Source: Candidatus Poribacteria bacterium (GTDB lineage Bacteria > Poribacteria > WGA-4E > WGA-3G). Taken from it: a stretch of DNA of 64,000 bases. Positions 49,267 through 60,502 of the stretch are shown in pieces. The first letter of the stretch is position 1. Every line of letters begins with the position of its first letter. A program made the position numbers and the translations under genes. A model generated the notes under the pieces. The model ran no database searches and had not been told where the DNA came from. It saw only the letters and a list, made by a program, of their open reading frames with translations. The stretch is from NCBI GenBank assembly GCA_965197475.1, contig CBDANF010000003.1:672001-736000 (forward strand). Reading direction: 5' to 3'.

Positions 49267-50112
49267 ATGCTAAATCTGCAGTCAATAGAAGCCTTACTTG
49301 ACCTCGCCTTTGCAGAGGATATCGGTATAGGTGATATTACCACAGAGGCAACAGTGCCACCCTCTCAAAAAGGTATCGGGACACTCTATGCTAAGAGTGA
49401 CGGTATTGTCGCTGGTCTACCGATCGCTGAACGGACCTTTAAGAAATTGGATTCTGGACTTATCTTCAATGCTTTTGTCAGCGATGGAGACGCAATTACT
49501 GCAGGCACCCCTATTGCTGAGATTCAAGGTAGTGCGAAAACAATCCTGATAGGTGAGCGAACTGCTCTCAACTTCCTTCAACGACTGTCTGGTGTAGCAA
49601 CGTTAACATCACAGTTTGTCAAAGCAGTCGCAGACTATGATGTGAAAATAGTTGATACACGAAAGACAACCCCAGGCTGGCGCGCGATTCAGAAATATGC
49701 AGTCCGTGTAGGGGGTGGTGATAACCATCGCTTTGGGCTTTATGACGGCGTGTTAATCAAAGATAACCACATTGTCGCAGCAGGTGGAATTCGAAATGCA
49801 GTTCAACGCGCGCGGTTGATTGCGCCGCATACCACAAAAATTGAAGTTGAAGTTGAAACGATTGAGCAAGTCAACGAAGCACTTGATGTAGGGGCTGACA
49901 TTTTACTTTTAGATAACATGTCCCTTGACACCATGAAACAAGTTGTCAAACTGGTAAACAAACTTGTAGTCACTGAAGCTTCAGGTGGGATAACTTTGGA
50001 ACAGGTGCGAGATGTTGCTGCTATAGGTGTAAACTTAATATCTGTTGGGGCTTTAACGCATTCAGCGATGCCAATGGACATAAGTCTAAGTTTAACACTT
50101 GTTGAGGCATAG
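49267..50112 (+). CDS. nadC: Nicotinate-nucleotide diphosphorylase (carboxylating)
   Basis: ERTALNFLQRLSG, DTRKT, HRFGL, IKDNH, LLDNM, EASGG. Confidence 0.95.
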   Translation: MLNLQSIEALLDLAFAEDIGIGDITTEATVPPSQKGIGTLYAKSDGIVAGLPIAERTFKKLDSGLIFNAFVSDGDAITAGTPIAEIQGSAKTILIGERTALNFLQRLSGVATLTSQFVKAVADYDVKIVDTRKTTPGWRAIQKYAVRVGGGDNHRFGLYDGVLIKDNHIVAAGGIRNAVQRARLIAPHTTKIEVEVETIEQVNEALDVGADILLLDNMSLDTMKQVVKLVNKLVVTEASGGITLEQVRDVAAIGVNLISVGALTHSAMPMDISLSLTLVEA

Positions 50113-50169
50113 AATGTTCACATTTGAAACATTTTTATGGTGCTTAGAACAAAGGAAAAATAGATAGCA

Positions 50170-51297
50170 ATGCAAGCCCCTATGAGCCGCGATAATATGA
50201 TTCGCGGCATCCTTCTTTTTATGTTGTTTACGCTGGCCGGGTTATTGCTCAGTTTTTTTTGGAGCGGTACGCAAGACATAAAAAGTGGAACAGAAGATTT
50301 AAAACTAGTCTTTCTGGGGATGCGGTATGAATTTCTGATCGGTACGTGCGTGTGTATGTTAGTAGATTGGTTATGTGGCGGGCTTCGATTCCACATTTTT
50401 GTCCGGATAGTAACTCCGACAATTAAATTCCGGGATAGTTGTCGTGCTATTTTAGCAACAATCTGTGTATCAGCGATTACGCCTTTTCAGACTGGCGGAG
50501 TTGGTCATCTCTATATTTACGCTCGATCCGGCGTTCCACTGTCGGGTGCCATTACAGCCGGTATCGTTGCCTTCCTCTCTACCCTAGTCATTCTCATCCT
50601 CTCTGCAGGCGGTATCTTGTTGTTGTATCCAAGTTCCATACCGGAAGAGACCACGTGGATCATTCTATTAAGTTTTCTGATATTTAGTTTAGTATTTATA
50701 ACGTTCCTTCTGTTGCTTTTCAAACCTGAAATTGTTCTCCGTTTTTTTAATTGGCTCACGAAACTTGTAGGACGCAGGTTTACACCCCTTGCACCTCTCT
50801 TAGAACGTGTGACGTTGAAAGTGGAGCAGCTCACCACTGAACACAAAACTTTTGCCGCAACGCTTCTCCGCAATCATAAATGGGCTTGCCTCTTGAGTTT
50901 ATTCCTCACTTGCGGATTCTTTGGGGCAAGAATTGTTGGCAGTTACTTCGTTGTAAAAGCCCTTGACGCAGAAGCGATACTTTGGGAACTATGTGTTGTT
51001 GGAATGATGCTGAATTTTGTCGTACTGTTCGCGCCAACCCCAGGGGCAAGTGGGGTTGCAGAGGGCACAACAAGCCTATTAATGAAAAATCTTATCAAGG
51101 GGAAATTGATTACTCCCTTTGTGCTGCTAACGCGATTTTTCACCGTCTATTGTGCTGTTGTTATTGGTGGTATTGTAATCGGTTTACAATTGGCAAAAGA
51201 TTTCAGAATTAGTAAAAAAGGCATAGTTGAAGATGCTGTGCCACAAGTGAGAGCTCACCCTATTGGAGAGCTCAAGGATAAAAAAGGGCATAACTGA
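50170..51297 (+). CDS. Lysylphosphatidylglycerol synthase TM/flippase-like membrane protein
   Basis: ITPFQTGG and [10 protein letters not shown] motifs, multiple TM. Confidence 0.8.
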   Translation: MQAPMSRDNMIRGILLFMLFTLAGLLLSFFWSGTQDIKSGTEDLKLVFLGMRYEFLIGTCVCMLVDWLCGGLRFHIFVRIVTPTIKFRDSCRAILATICVSAITPFQTGGVGHLYIYARSGVPLSGAITAGIVAFLSTLVILILSAGGILLLYPSSIPEETTWIILLSFLIFSLVFITFLLLLFKPEIVLRFFNWLTKLVGRRFTPLAPLLERVTLKVEQLTTEHKTFAATLLRNHKWACLLSLFLTCGFFGARIVGSYFVVKALDAEAILWELCVVGMMLNFVVLFAPTPGASGVAEGTTSLLMKNLIKGKLITPFVLLTRFFTVYCAVVIGGIVIGLQLAKDFRISKKGIVEDAVPQVRAHPIGELKDKKGHN

Positions 51298-51383
51298 GAA
51301 GATGGCTGTCAGTAAAGACTGTGTTTTTCATAACCTATTACCGACAACCGATTATCATTGGAACTATGTCCGAAAGGAGAAAT

Positions 51384-52289
51384 ATGGAAAAAGTTGATCC
51401 GAAAACAACGAAACTTGGTTGGATTGGTACCGGGGTGATGGGCAGATGGATGTGCCAACACCTTATGGACCTTGGATACAGCATGACTGTCTATAACCGC
51501 ACGAAATCGAAAGCGGAACCGCTCATTGATGATGGCGCAACTTGGGCAGACTCTCCAAGTGAAGTAGCTGCCGCCTCCGATGTCATCTTTACCATTGTCG
51601 GGTTTCCACCTGATGTGCGAGAGGTGTATCTTGGTGATAACGGTATCTTGAAAGGTGCAAAATCTGGAAGTATTGTCGTTGATATGACAACAACTGAACC
51701 TTCCCTCGCACAAGAGGTATACAGTAAAGCAGAGGAACAGAACGTCGCTTCCGTAGACGCTCCTGTTTCAGGTGGGGATGTCGGTGCGCGGGAGGCACGT
51801 CTCTCTATCATGGTTGGCGGTGACGAGGCAGCGGTGCAAGCGGTCATGCCTCTCTTCTCTGCTATGGGGAAAAATATTGTCCATCAAGGCGGTGCAGGTG
51901 CAGGACAACACACCAAGATGTGCAATCAGATTACGATCTCTGGCACAATGATTGGCGTATGTGAAGGTCTACTCTACGGCTATAAAGCGGGTTTGGATTT
52001 GGAAACGATGCTATCTTCAATCAGTGGTGGGGCAGCCGCTTGTTGGTCGTTGGATAACTTAGCACCGCGTGTCCTCAAGCGTGACTTTGATCCGGGCTTC
52101 TTCGTAGAGCACTTCATCAAAGATATGAGCATCGCTTTAGACGAAGCCAGAAAAATGAATTTGAGTCTTCCAGGACTCGCATTGGTGCATCAACTTTATA
52201 CTGCAGTGCAAGCGCAAGGACATGGACGTTTAGGGACACAAGCCTTGTTGCTCGCTTTAGAGCAGATGTCCGGGGCAGAAGTAGGTTAA
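51384..52289 (+). CDS. NAD(P)-dependent beta-hydroxyacid dehydrogenase (GarR/MmsB family)
   Basis: [26 protein letters not shown]. Confidence 0.9.
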   Translation: MEKVDPKTTKLGWIGTGVMGRWMCQHLMDLGYSMTVYNRTKSKAEPLIDDGATWADSPSEVAAASDVIFTIVGFPPDVREVYLGDNGILKGAKSGSIVVDMTTTEPSLAQEVYSKAEEQNVASVDAPVSGGDVGAREARLSIMVGGDEAAVQAVMPLFSAMGKNIVHQGGAGAGQHTKMCNQITISGTMIGVCEGLLYGYKAGLDLETMLSSISGGAAACWSLDNLAPRVLKRDFDPGFFVEHFIKDMSIALDEARKMNLSLPGLALVHQLYTAVQAQGHGRLGTQALLLALEQMSGAEVG

Positions 52290-52398
52290 TTACGCGATGC
52301 TGTCTGATAAGGTTCGGCAGTTGACACTCATTTTTAGAAGAAGTTTATTTCTTCCAATAAACGATTGCTAACTGCCGAAAACCTTTCAGAACGGTTCA

Positions 52399-53502
52399 TT
52401 AGGATCTCAAACGCATCGGTGCAAGGAAACATTTATGTCCATCATCCCCCATAGGTTTAACAATAAGGAAACTAAACTCTCCCGAAAACTCAAGGATTAC
52501 AGATTCCGTTTCAATATGTGTAAAGATTTCTGTTAGTCTATGAGCATCCAAACCGATCCGTACGTTTCCATTACTAGATTCAACAGCGACTGTTTCATGT
52601 GCTTCACCAAGTTCAGGGGTTTCGGTTGAAATTCGAATTTCTTCGGGATCAATCTCTAAACAGATCGCAAAATTTTTCGGATTTGAAAGTAAAGCCACTC
52701 GGCGGGTCGCTCGTAGGATTGATTCCCTTGATACAACCGCCCGACCCTCAGAAAATTCCTGTATAAGCGATTGGTATTTTTGATATTCACCTTCTACCAA
52801 ACGTGTTGTCAAGGTGGCGTTGTTATCGGTAAGAAGAATTTGATTCTTGAGCAGTAAAATCTTAACCTCGGTGGAATTGGCAAAGGTACGCGCAATTTCC
52901 TTGACAGCCTTCAGTGGAACAATAAATTCACTAACATCTTCAGATGTTTTTAGGGGTGAACAATTTGCCAACGCAAGTTTATGTCTATCAGTTGCGACCA
53001 CTTCAGTTCTATCTTCAAGAAGATTGAAAAAAAGCCCGTTCAGCTGGTACTGAAATTCCTCTGTAGATGCCGCAAACGCTGTTTTGTGGATAACAGAGCA
53101 CAAGGTTTCACCATCAATAGTTACACCTTCTCCCTCAGCAGATGGCAGTTGTGGAAAATCTTCATCGGAGAGCCCAATCATTTTGTAAGTACCATCTCCG
53201 CAAGTGAGTTCAACACGGTCATTTGCGGTTGTAACCAAGTTTATCGGCTTATCTCCGGGTAATTCTCGGACGATGTCTGTCAATTTTTTAGCAGAGACCG
53301 TGATAGCCCCTTCTTCCAGGATAGTGCCTACCACTTTAACTCTAATACCGACTTCTAAATCGGTCGCTGCAAATTCAATGTTCCCATCTTGTGCGCGAAT
53401 AAGAACATTTGCGAGAATCGGCAAGGTGTTACGTCCACTTGCTACACCTTGAACTAGTTGTAAGGAATATAAAAGTTCGTCTTTTTCAAAAGTAAGTTCC
53501 AT
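52399..53502 (-). CDS. dnaN: DNA polymerase III beta clamp, divergent paralogue
   Basis: ATDLE, full-length alignment to the adjacent copy; pocket motifs altered. Confidence 0.88.
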   Translation of the reverse strand: MELTFEKDELLYSLQLVQGVASGRNTLPILANVLIRAQDGNIEFAATDLEVGIRVKVVGTILEEGAITVSAKKLTDIVRELPGDKPINLVTTANDRVELTCGDGTYKMIGLSDEDFPQLPSAEGEGVTIDGETLCSVIHKTAFAASTEEFQYQLNGLFFNLLEDRTEVVATDRHKLALANCSPLKTSEDVSEFIVPLKAVKEIARTFANSTEVKILLLKNQILLTDNNATLTTRLVEGEYQKYQSLIQEFSEGRAVVSRESILRATRRVALLSNPKNFAICLEIDPEEIRISTETPELGEAHETVAVESSNGNVRIGLDAHRLTEIFTHIETESVILEFSGEFSFLIVKPMGDDGHKCFLAPMRLRS

Positions 53503-53732
53503 TGCAATCGCTCCTATTATTTTAGTGTCAAATCATTAATAAGACTTACGGAATTTGTCAGATTTTAATCCAAGCATTCCTTTCCCATATTTTGAGTTAA
53601 TTATACGTTAAAAAATGGAAAAGTCAAGTATTTTTAACAAATGTTAAAATCTGTCAGGTTTGTCATAAGAATCGGGGAAATCCTATCGTCAGCGTAATGT
53701 CTACATCCTGATAAGTAAAACGTATATACGAC

Positions 53733-54851
53733 TTAGGATTCTGATGACGAATTTGTTTCTAAGCGCATCGGCATGATGATACAAATGTGTACATCATCAC
53801 CTACAGGTTTTACAACAAGTGGATTCAACTCTCCAGAAAACTCTAAAACCAGAGATTCAGTCTCAATGTGTGCTAAAACCTCCGTCAACAACCGCGCATC
53901 AAAACCGATCCGAACGCTACCGCTGCCAGATTCTACTGCAAGTGTCTCGTGTGCCTCACCATGTTCAGGCGACTTTGCTGAAACCTGAATCTGTTCGGGG
54001 TCTATATCTAAGCAGATCGAAAAATTTTTCGGATTTGAAAGTAAAGCCACTCGCCGCGTAGCACGTAAAATTGATTCCTTCGATACGACCGTACGACCCT
54101 CAGTAGATTCGGGTATGATCGTCTGATATTTCGGATATTCGCCTTCTACCAAACGTGTTGTCAACGTTGCGTTTTCATCCGCAAAAAGAATTTGATTCTT
54201 GACAAGTGAAATTTTTACCTCAGGGGAATCGGCGAAGGTGCGTTCAATCTCCTTGACAGCTTTCAGCGGGACAATGAATCCGCTGATATCTTCAGGTGCC
54301 TTCATGGGAGCACAATGTGCAAGCGCGAGCTGTTTTCCATCAGTTGCGACCACTTCAGTCTTATCTTCAAGAAGGTTGAAAAAGAGCCCGTTCAAAAAGT
54401 ATCGGACCTCCTCTGTAGATGCAGCGAATTCTGTTTTATGGATAACAGAACACAAAGTTTCACCTTCAATCGTTATAGCCTCACTATCAACAGATGGTAG
54501 TTGTGGAAAATCTTCATCGGAGAGTCCAATAATTTTATAAACACCATCTCCGCAAGTGATTTCAATTCGATCGTTTGCAGTTGTAACGAGTTCGATCGTT
54601 TTATCTGGTAATTCTCTAACAATGTCTACCAATTTTTTAGCAGAAACCGTGATGGATCCTTCTTCTTTGATAGTTCCAATGACTTTGACTTTGATGCCGA
54701 CTTCCAGATCGGTCGCTGTACATTCAATGTTCCCGCCCTCGGCACGAATGAGGACGTTTGAAAGAATTGGCAAGGTATTACGTCCACTTGCCACACTCTG
54801 AACTATCTGTAAGGAATATAAAAGTTCATCTTTTTCAAAAGCAAGTTCCAT
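53733..54851 (-). CDS. dnaN: DNA polymerase III beta clamp, canonical-type copy
   Basis: LPILSNV, ATDLE, VRYFLNG, ATDG, EGEYPKY, IMPMR. Confidence 0.93.
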   Translation of the reverse strand: MELAFEKDELLYSLQIVQSVASGRNTLPILSNVLIRAEGGNIECTATDLEVGIKVKVIGTIKEEGSITVSAKKLVDIVRELPDKTIELVTTANDRIEITCGDGVYKIIGLSDEDFPQLPSVDSEAITIEGETLCSVIHKTEFAASTEEVRYFLNGLFFNLLEDKTEVVATDGKQLALAHCAPMKAPEDISGFIVPLKAVKEIERTFADSPEVKISLVKNQILFADENATLTTRLVEGEYPKYQTIIPESTEGRTVVSKESILRATRRVALLSNPKNFSICLDIDPEQIQVSAKSPEHGEAHETLAVESGSGSVRIGFDARLLTEVLAHIETESLVLEFSGELNPLVVKPVGDDVHICIIMPMRLETNSSSES

Positions 54852-54994
54852 TCCAAGAGCTCCTATTTTTATTGTATCAAGTAAATTAATAACGTGAGTT
54901 TGACTTAAACGCTTCGTGAATTAACACCGAATACATGTATGGTTTTCGGCGGGTTGAACAACGTGAAACCTAATGCTTTTCATGCCTACATTTC

Positions 54995-55127
54995 CCAGAG
55001 CCATTCAGTTTTCGGTTTTTTGCCTGTTTTAGTCGTAAAGTCGCGACCTGCGAATCAACGCCAAATGCACTTATTGCATTTGGCGGGTCGCTCCTACAGA
55101 GGAGAAACCTTGAGCAGAAGGTAACAA
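54995..55127 (-). repeat. ~130-bp dispersed repeat with GTAG-type REP, copy 2
   Basis: Reverse complement of 7950-8080 with few substitutions. Confidence 0.85.
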
Positions 55128-55289
55128 CTACCGGAGAATTGAAGGACTCTGTATTTTCACCTTGACAGACTTTTGATTGTTTAGTATAACATACTATAGA
55201 AAATATATCCATTATATTTTGGTATATCATCTTTAGCAGTTTCAGAACAGAAATTGTGTCAGCATCTTAATTTCACCCTCCTAACAAGA

Positions 55290-57221
55290 ATGCATCAGAC
55301 AAACTTACAGACTTCGCAGCCAATTTCAAAACGGGCGGTATTGATTGGTACCGTCCTGATCATAGGCAATAGCTACTGGATAGCTTATGTTGAAATGATT
55401 TGGCATACAGCGCACCTGACAACCGTTGCAATGTCTGTGAACGTCATGTTCGGCATTTTTGTTATCACGGTGTTGAACATGTGGATCCGAAGTTTAGCAC
55501 CGAGTGCTGCGCTCACACAGCGCGACCTGATCGTTGTTTACAGCATGCTTGCAGTCGGCAGTGCATTTTCAGGACACGATTGTATTCCGCGGCTTATGGG
55601 ACTTATTCCGTACGCCTTTCGCTTTGCTACTGCTGAAAATGATTGGGAAGCACTGCTTTTTCATCATCTTCCTGAATGGCTTGTCGTCAAACATCCGAAA
55701 ACGGTCAACGATTTCTACGAGGGTAACGTCAACTTTTTTACCGAAGGGTATGTGCAATACTGGATTGTCCCTATTCTTTCATGGTCGGCGGTTATCTTTC
55801 TTTTGATGTTGATCTTTCTTTGCTTGACTGCCTTGATTCGCAAGCAATGGATAGAAAGCGAAAAACTCGCGTATCCGATTATCCAAATCCCACTTGAGAT
55901 TACTACGAACCGCCGCATCTTCAGAAAACGTCTCCTCTGGATCGGCTTCGGGGTAGCAGTAGGGATAAACCTACTCAACGGGTTACATTTCTTTTTTCCG
56001 ATGCTACCGGAAATTCCTGTCAGAAAATATAACCTTAATATCTACTTCACACAAAAGCCGTGGAACGCGATAGGTAGCACACCGCTTCGGTTTCATCCTT
56101 ACCTAATAGGCTTTTCGTTTATTCTGCCGCTGGATTTAGCGTTTTCGTGTTCGTTTTTCTACTTAATGAAGAAGGTGCAGCTCTTATTTGGAAGTGCGAC
56201 AGGTGTATCAAAATCACCGGGGTACCCATTTTTAGGGGAGCAAGGTGCAGGCGCGTTGCTTGCGCTTCTTGCTGTAGCATGTTGGAATGGACGAAAGCAT
56301 TTTGCATTCGTGTTTTCACAAGTGATTCGACCAAATCGTGCGGAGGCACAAAATGAAGCGTTTTCCTATCGCAGCACCTTAATTACATTAGCATTATCCC
56401 TGTTTTTACTTGCTGTTTTCTGTATTCGAGGTGGCATGTCGTTATGGGCATTTGCCGTTTTCATCGGCATCTACCTGCTGATTGTTGTCGGTCTAACACG
56501 GATGCGTGCAGAACTTGGTCCCCCGATACACGCAATCGGCTACCTAACCCCACAATATATGATGATTTCACTCCTCGGCACACGGAGACTACGGGCGGGC
56601 AATCTCACGATGCTATCATTGATGAATTGGCTGAGTGGTGCCAGTTATGCCTCATTCCGCACCCATCCAATGCCTGATCAGTTGGAAGCGTTCAAACTGG
56701 CGGAGCGGACCAGTATTCGAAATCGAACGATGTTCACGGTGTTAGTCATCGCAAGCCTCGTCGGTATCTTGTCAAGCCTAATTCTCTATCCGTATGCAAT
56801 CTATCGCGAAGGAGTGGCTGCAGGTTCCGAGCAGATTCACGCCGGTGGCGCAGATACATATAATTTCTTGTCATCATGGTTAGTAAATCCGAAACCGATG
56901 GACTGGTTAGCAACAACTGTGCTTGGGGTAACGTTCATAGCAAATTTGGGCATCATGCTGCTTCGATCACGCTTTGTGTGGTGTCCACTGCATCCAGCGG
57001 GATATGTTATAGGCGTTGCGCCTGGAACAACAGATATAATCTGGTTCCCGCTGCTTATCGCGATGGTAACGAAATGGATTATCTTACGGAATGGCGGCAT
57101 AAAAGCGTATCGACGGGCAATACCGTTTTTCATCGGGTTGGTTTTGGGGGAAGCGTTGATGGGCTGTTTCTGGCCTCTATTGAGCTTAATTTTGCGGTCA
57201 GCGGTGTATAGTTGGATCTGA
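55290..57221 (+). CDS. DUF6785/DUF6784-type polytopic membrane protein (putative transporter)
   Basis: RKQWIESEKLAYP, TRMRAELG, PLHPAGY, RRAIPFFIGL motifs; many TM segments. Confidence 0.7.
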   Translation: MHQTNLQTSQPISKRAVLIGTVLIIGNSYWIAYVEMIWHTAHLTTVAMSVNVMFGIFVITVLNMWIRSLAPSAALTQRDLIVVYSMLAVGSAFSGHDCIPRLMGLIPYAFRFATAENDWEALLFHHLPEWLVVKHPKTVNDFYEGNVNFFTEGYVQYWIVPILSWSAVIFLLMLIFLCLTALIRKQWIESEKLAYPIIQIPLEITTNRRIFRKRLLWIGFGVAVGINLLNGLHFFFPMLPEIPVRKYNLNIYFTQKPWNAIGSTPLRFHPYLIGFSFILPLDLAFSCSFFYLMKKVQLLFGSATGVSKSPGYPFLGEQGAGALLALLAVACWNGRKHFAFVFSQVIRPNRAEAQNEAFSYRSTLITLALSLFLLAVFCIRGGMSLWAFAVFIGIYLLIVVGLTRMRAELGPPIHAIGYLTPQYMMISLLGTRRLRAGNLTMLSLMNWLSGASYASFRTHPMPDQLEAFKLAERTSIRNRTMFTVLVIASLVGILSSLILYPYAIYREGVAAGSEQIHAGGADTYNFLSSWLVNPKPMDWLATTVLGVTFIANLGIMLLRSRFVWCPLHPAGYVIGVAPGTTDIIWFPLLIAMVTKWIILRNGGIKAYRRAIPFFIGLVLGEALMGCFWPLLSLILRSAVYSWI

Positions 57222-57328
57222 TTGTGTTTATTAGAAATCGTCTCTGTTTTTACAAAGATTGCCATTTTATTAAAGTTTTGATATTATACTCTATTGAAAA
57301 TCCAAATTAATCAAAAGAAGGAGAATAA

Positions 57329-58231
57329 ATGCAACCACAATTACCCGATGCGCGAAATGAAAATATCTTAATCCACGTCGGTGGGGAATTACTACCCCGT
57401 GAAGATGCGAAAATCTCTGTGTTTGATAGCCTTGCACAAGGTGGAGATGGTGTATGGGAGGGACTACGTATCTATAAAGGTAAAATTTTTGCACTGGATG
57501 TGCACCTTGACAGATTGGTGGACTCCGCACACGCGATGGCGTTCGAAGGAATTCCATCTCGCGACGAAATCAAAACCGCTATCTTTGAAACGCTCCAAGC
57601 AAACGGGATGCGCGATGAAGTTCATATCCGCTTAACACTCAGCCGTGGGAAAAAAGTGACCTCCAGCATGAATCCGAAGGTAAACCAATATGGCACTTGT
57701 TTAATTGTTTTGGCAGAATGGAAAGCACCGATTTATGCAAGCACAGGGATTCGGTTGATTACTTCAGCAATTCGGCGGAATCCTGCCCAGTGTATTGATT
57801 CAAAGATTCATCATAATAATTTGATTAACAATATTCTCGCTAAAATAGAAGCGAACGTCGCTGGCGTAGATGATGCGATTATGCTTGACATTTTCGGTTT
57901 TGTCTCTGAAACAAATGCAACAAATATCTTTATAGTGAAAAAAGGGCAAGTCCTTACCCCACATGCGGATAGCTGCCTGCCTGGGATTACGCGTGGTAAC
58001 GTCGTCCATCTGGCGCGCGAAGCGCAGATTCCGTTGGTAGAACGGAACGTCTCCCTGACAGAGGTTTACACAGCAGATGAGATGTTTACGACCGGCACTG
58101 TTGGTGAGTTAAGCTCTGTGTTAGAGGTAGATGGCAGACAGATTGGTACAGGGAGTCCTGGGCCGATGACAGGACGTTTGCAAGAACTTTACGCCGAAAT
58201 GATAGCACGTGAAGGCGTTCCGATACCGTAG
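57329..58231 (+). CDS. Aminotransferase class IV (IlvE/D-amino acid aminotransferase-like)
   Basis: GDGVWEGLR, ETNATNIF, LPGITR, ADEMFTTGT. Confidence 0.9.
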   Translation: MQPQLPDARNENILIHVGGELLPREDAKISVFDSLAQGGDGVWEGLRIYKGKIFALDVHLDRLVDSAHAMAFEGIPSRDEIKTAIFETLQANGMRDEVHIRLTLSRGKKVTSSMNPKVNQYGTCLIVLAEWKAPIYASTGIRLITSAIRRNPAQCIDSKIHHNNLINNILAKIEANVAGVDDAIMLDIFGFVSETNATNIFIVKKGQVLTPHADSCLPGITRGNVVHLAREAQIPLVERNVSLTEVYTADEMFTTGTVGELSSVLEVDGRQIGTGSPGPMTGRLQELYAEMIAREGVPIP

Positions 58232-58242
58232 AAAATTGATCG

Positions 58243-59337
58243 CTATTGGTTCTGCAATGTTTCCATGAGAACTGCCGCTCCGTCAGTGATGATTAATTCA
58301 ACGGCTAATACAACTATCGGTAATTTTGTGGAAAGAGATGCTAACTTTTGTTCGTCCTTCTGTGTCGTGACAACCCACTCAGCACTACAACGTTTCATCC
58401 GTTGTTGAATTTGCAGTAAATCAGATTCGGTGTAGACATGGTGGTCAGGGAAGGCGAACAATTCCACTGCCTCTGGATTATACTTCTCAAGTGTTGCGAC
58501 AAACGCTTTCGGGTTGCCAATTCCGCACACAGCCAGAAGTCTTTTACCCGTAAGGTTTTTTATCGGCATTGTAGGATGTTTGCCTGGTTGATTTAGCCAG
58601 TACAAAGATGTTGGTTGATGAATACTTTCCAAGATCGGTATATTAGGTGTCAATCGATTCAGTTCCGCTTTCAAATCTGAAACTTGTGTGCCAACTGCAT
58701 CTGTCCGAGTCAATAGAATTATATCAGCACGTTGTAGTGCAGATATGGGTTCCCTTAAAGTGCCAACTGGCAGCAGCGCACCAGTACCGTAAGGTTGCGT
58801 TGCATCAATCGTAAGAATATCAACATCGCGTGCCAATTGGCGGTGTTGATAACCGTCATCCAGGATTAAGATATTGCTTTTAAAGCGATCAAGAGCGGTT
58901 TTTCCTACGAAATAACGTCGTTTTCCAATGACAATCGGAATATTGGTGAGTTGGCGCGCAAGCATATTTGCTTCATCACCGCTTTCTGCTCGAGAGCAGA
59001 GCAGATTTTCACCATCCGAGACGACCGTTATCTCCTCACTGCTGCGTCGCTTATAGCCTCGAAGAAGAATTGCTACCTGAAAACCTTTATTCTGGAGCAG
59101 TTTAGCGATTGCGGCAGAAGCAGGCGTTTTACCTGTTCCTCCTACGACGATATTGCCAACACTAATAACGGTGCAAGGCAGTCGTTTCTGTTTGATTACG
59201 CCGATCATAAAGCAGTAATTTCGTATCCAGACAGCGGCACTGTAGAGCCAACACAGTGGTATTAGCAGAATGCGGAAGAGTGTGGGGAAAACACCGCGTT
59301 GTTGGGTAGTGATGAAAGTGTAGAGTCTACGTTTCAT
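58243..59337 (-). CDS. lpxK: Tetraacyldisaccharide 4'-kinase
   Basis: VGNIVVGGTGKTP, RGY, DDGYQH, CGIGNP, FPDHH, TTQKD. Confidence 0.93.
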   Translation of the reverse strand: MKRRLYTFITTQQRGVFPTLFRILLIPLCWLYSAAVWIRNYCFMIGVIKQKRLPCTVISVGNIVVGGTGKTPASAAIAKLLQNKGFQVAILLRGYKRRSSEEITVVSDGENLLCSRAESGDEANMLARQLTNIPIVIGKRRYFVGKTALDRFKSNILILDDGYQHRQLARDVDILTIDATQPYGTGALLPVGTLREPISALQRADIILLTRTDAVGTQVSDLKAELNRLTPNIPILESIHQPTSLYWLNQPGKHPTMPIKNLTGKRLLAVCGIGNPKAFVATLEKYNPEAVELFAFPDHHVYTESDLLQIQQRMKRCSAEWVVTTQKDEQKLASLSTKLPIVVLAVELIITDGAAVLMETLQNQ

Positions 59338-60502
59338 TAGGTGAATTACGCGGGATGGGATTACGTGCCGATGCAATCTGTTCCAATACTAACTGTGCCG
59401 TTCTTTCTGCCGCACCAGACTCACCTAATTGTTGATAAACAGAATGGAGGGCATCACGTTGCGCATCACGTTTTTTGGGGTTTCGGAGTAGGTCTAAGGT
59501 AAGTTCTGTTAACGTATCGGGTGTCAATTCATCTTGCAGAAGTTCAGGTACAATGCGTTTTTTGGCAATGAGATTCGGCAATCCGCTATGCTCTAACGGG
59601 GTTAATGCGTTAATCATTCGCCAATTGAACCACGAAGTGCGATATAGAATGATCATTGGCACCCCAATGCACGCAGCTTCAAGCGTGGCGGTTCCAGATG
59701 TAATAAGCATCAACGTTGCTGCACGCATTGCCGTGTAAGTTTTACCTTGTAATAGTTTTATAGTCGGCAGACCTGTGATTCCATCCTTGCAGTCATCTAT
59801 CCGTTCCTGTGAAATACCGAGGGCGAGAGGAAGAATCCATTCTGTATCTGGATAAACTTGCGCAATGTTTGCAGCTGCCTTTAGCATAATTGGAAGAAGA
59901 CGTTCTATTTCGGACCGTCGGCTTCCGGGCATTAAACCAACGACATGTGTATCGCTTTGTAACCCGAGTTTTTCACGTGCTTGTGTAGGTGCAAGATCGG
60001 TTTTCGCAAAATCAACCAACGGATGCCCTACGAATTCGGCAAGTGCGCCCGCATTCTGATAAAATTCTGTTTCAAAAGGGAAAATTGAGGCAACGACGTT
60101 GGCGCGCTTCGCAAGTTTTTTTGCCCTACCAGCGCGCCATGCCCAGGCTTTAGGTGGAATATAGTAGACCACAGGAATACCTTGTCCATGGGCATACTTT
60201 GCCAAAGGCATGTTAAATTCAGCAAAATCTACAAGGAGCAGCACATCCGGACTTTGTTGACGGATTCGTTCTTTTAACAACGCCTGTTTTTTTAGAAACT
60301 TTGGAAGGACAGCAAAAGCTTCAACGATACCCATGACAGCAGAATCTCGGATGTGTATGTCAAGACATACGCCTGATTCTTCCATCATATCACCGCCCAT
60401 GCCGTAGAGCGATATTTCTGGATGTTGTGCTTTGAGGGCTTGGACGACATGTGAGGCGTGCAGGTCGCCAGACGGTTCGCCTGCGACAATCATAAGTTCC
60501 AT
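59327..60502 (-). CDS. lpxB: Lipid-A-disaccharide synthase
   Basis: AGEPSGD, PKAWAWR, FVGHPL, PGSR, SGTATLE, LPN..VPELLQ. Confidence 0.95.
   Translation of the reverse strand: MELMIVAGEPSGDLHASHVVQALKAQHPEISLYGMGGDMMEESGVCLDIHIRDSAVMGIVEAFAVLPKFLKKQALLKERIRQQSPDVLLLVDFAEFNMPLAKYAHGQGIPVVYYIPPKAWAWRAGRAKKLAKRANVVASIFPFETEFYQNAGALAEFVGHPLVDFAKTDLAPTQAREKLGLQSDTHVVGLMPGSRRSEIERLLPIMLKAAANIAQVYPDTEWILPLALGISQERIDDCKDGITGLPTIKLLQGKTYTAMRAATLMLITSGTATLEAACIGVPMIILYRTSWFNWRMINALTPLEHSGLPNLIAKKRIVPELLQDELTPDTLTELTLDLLRNPKKRDAQRDALHSVYQQLGESGAAERTAQLVLEQIASARNPIPRNSPNET

Noticed and set aside
53503-55250. oriC near the dnaN genes
   Set aside because: No dnaA gene and no cluster of TTATCCACA boxes seen
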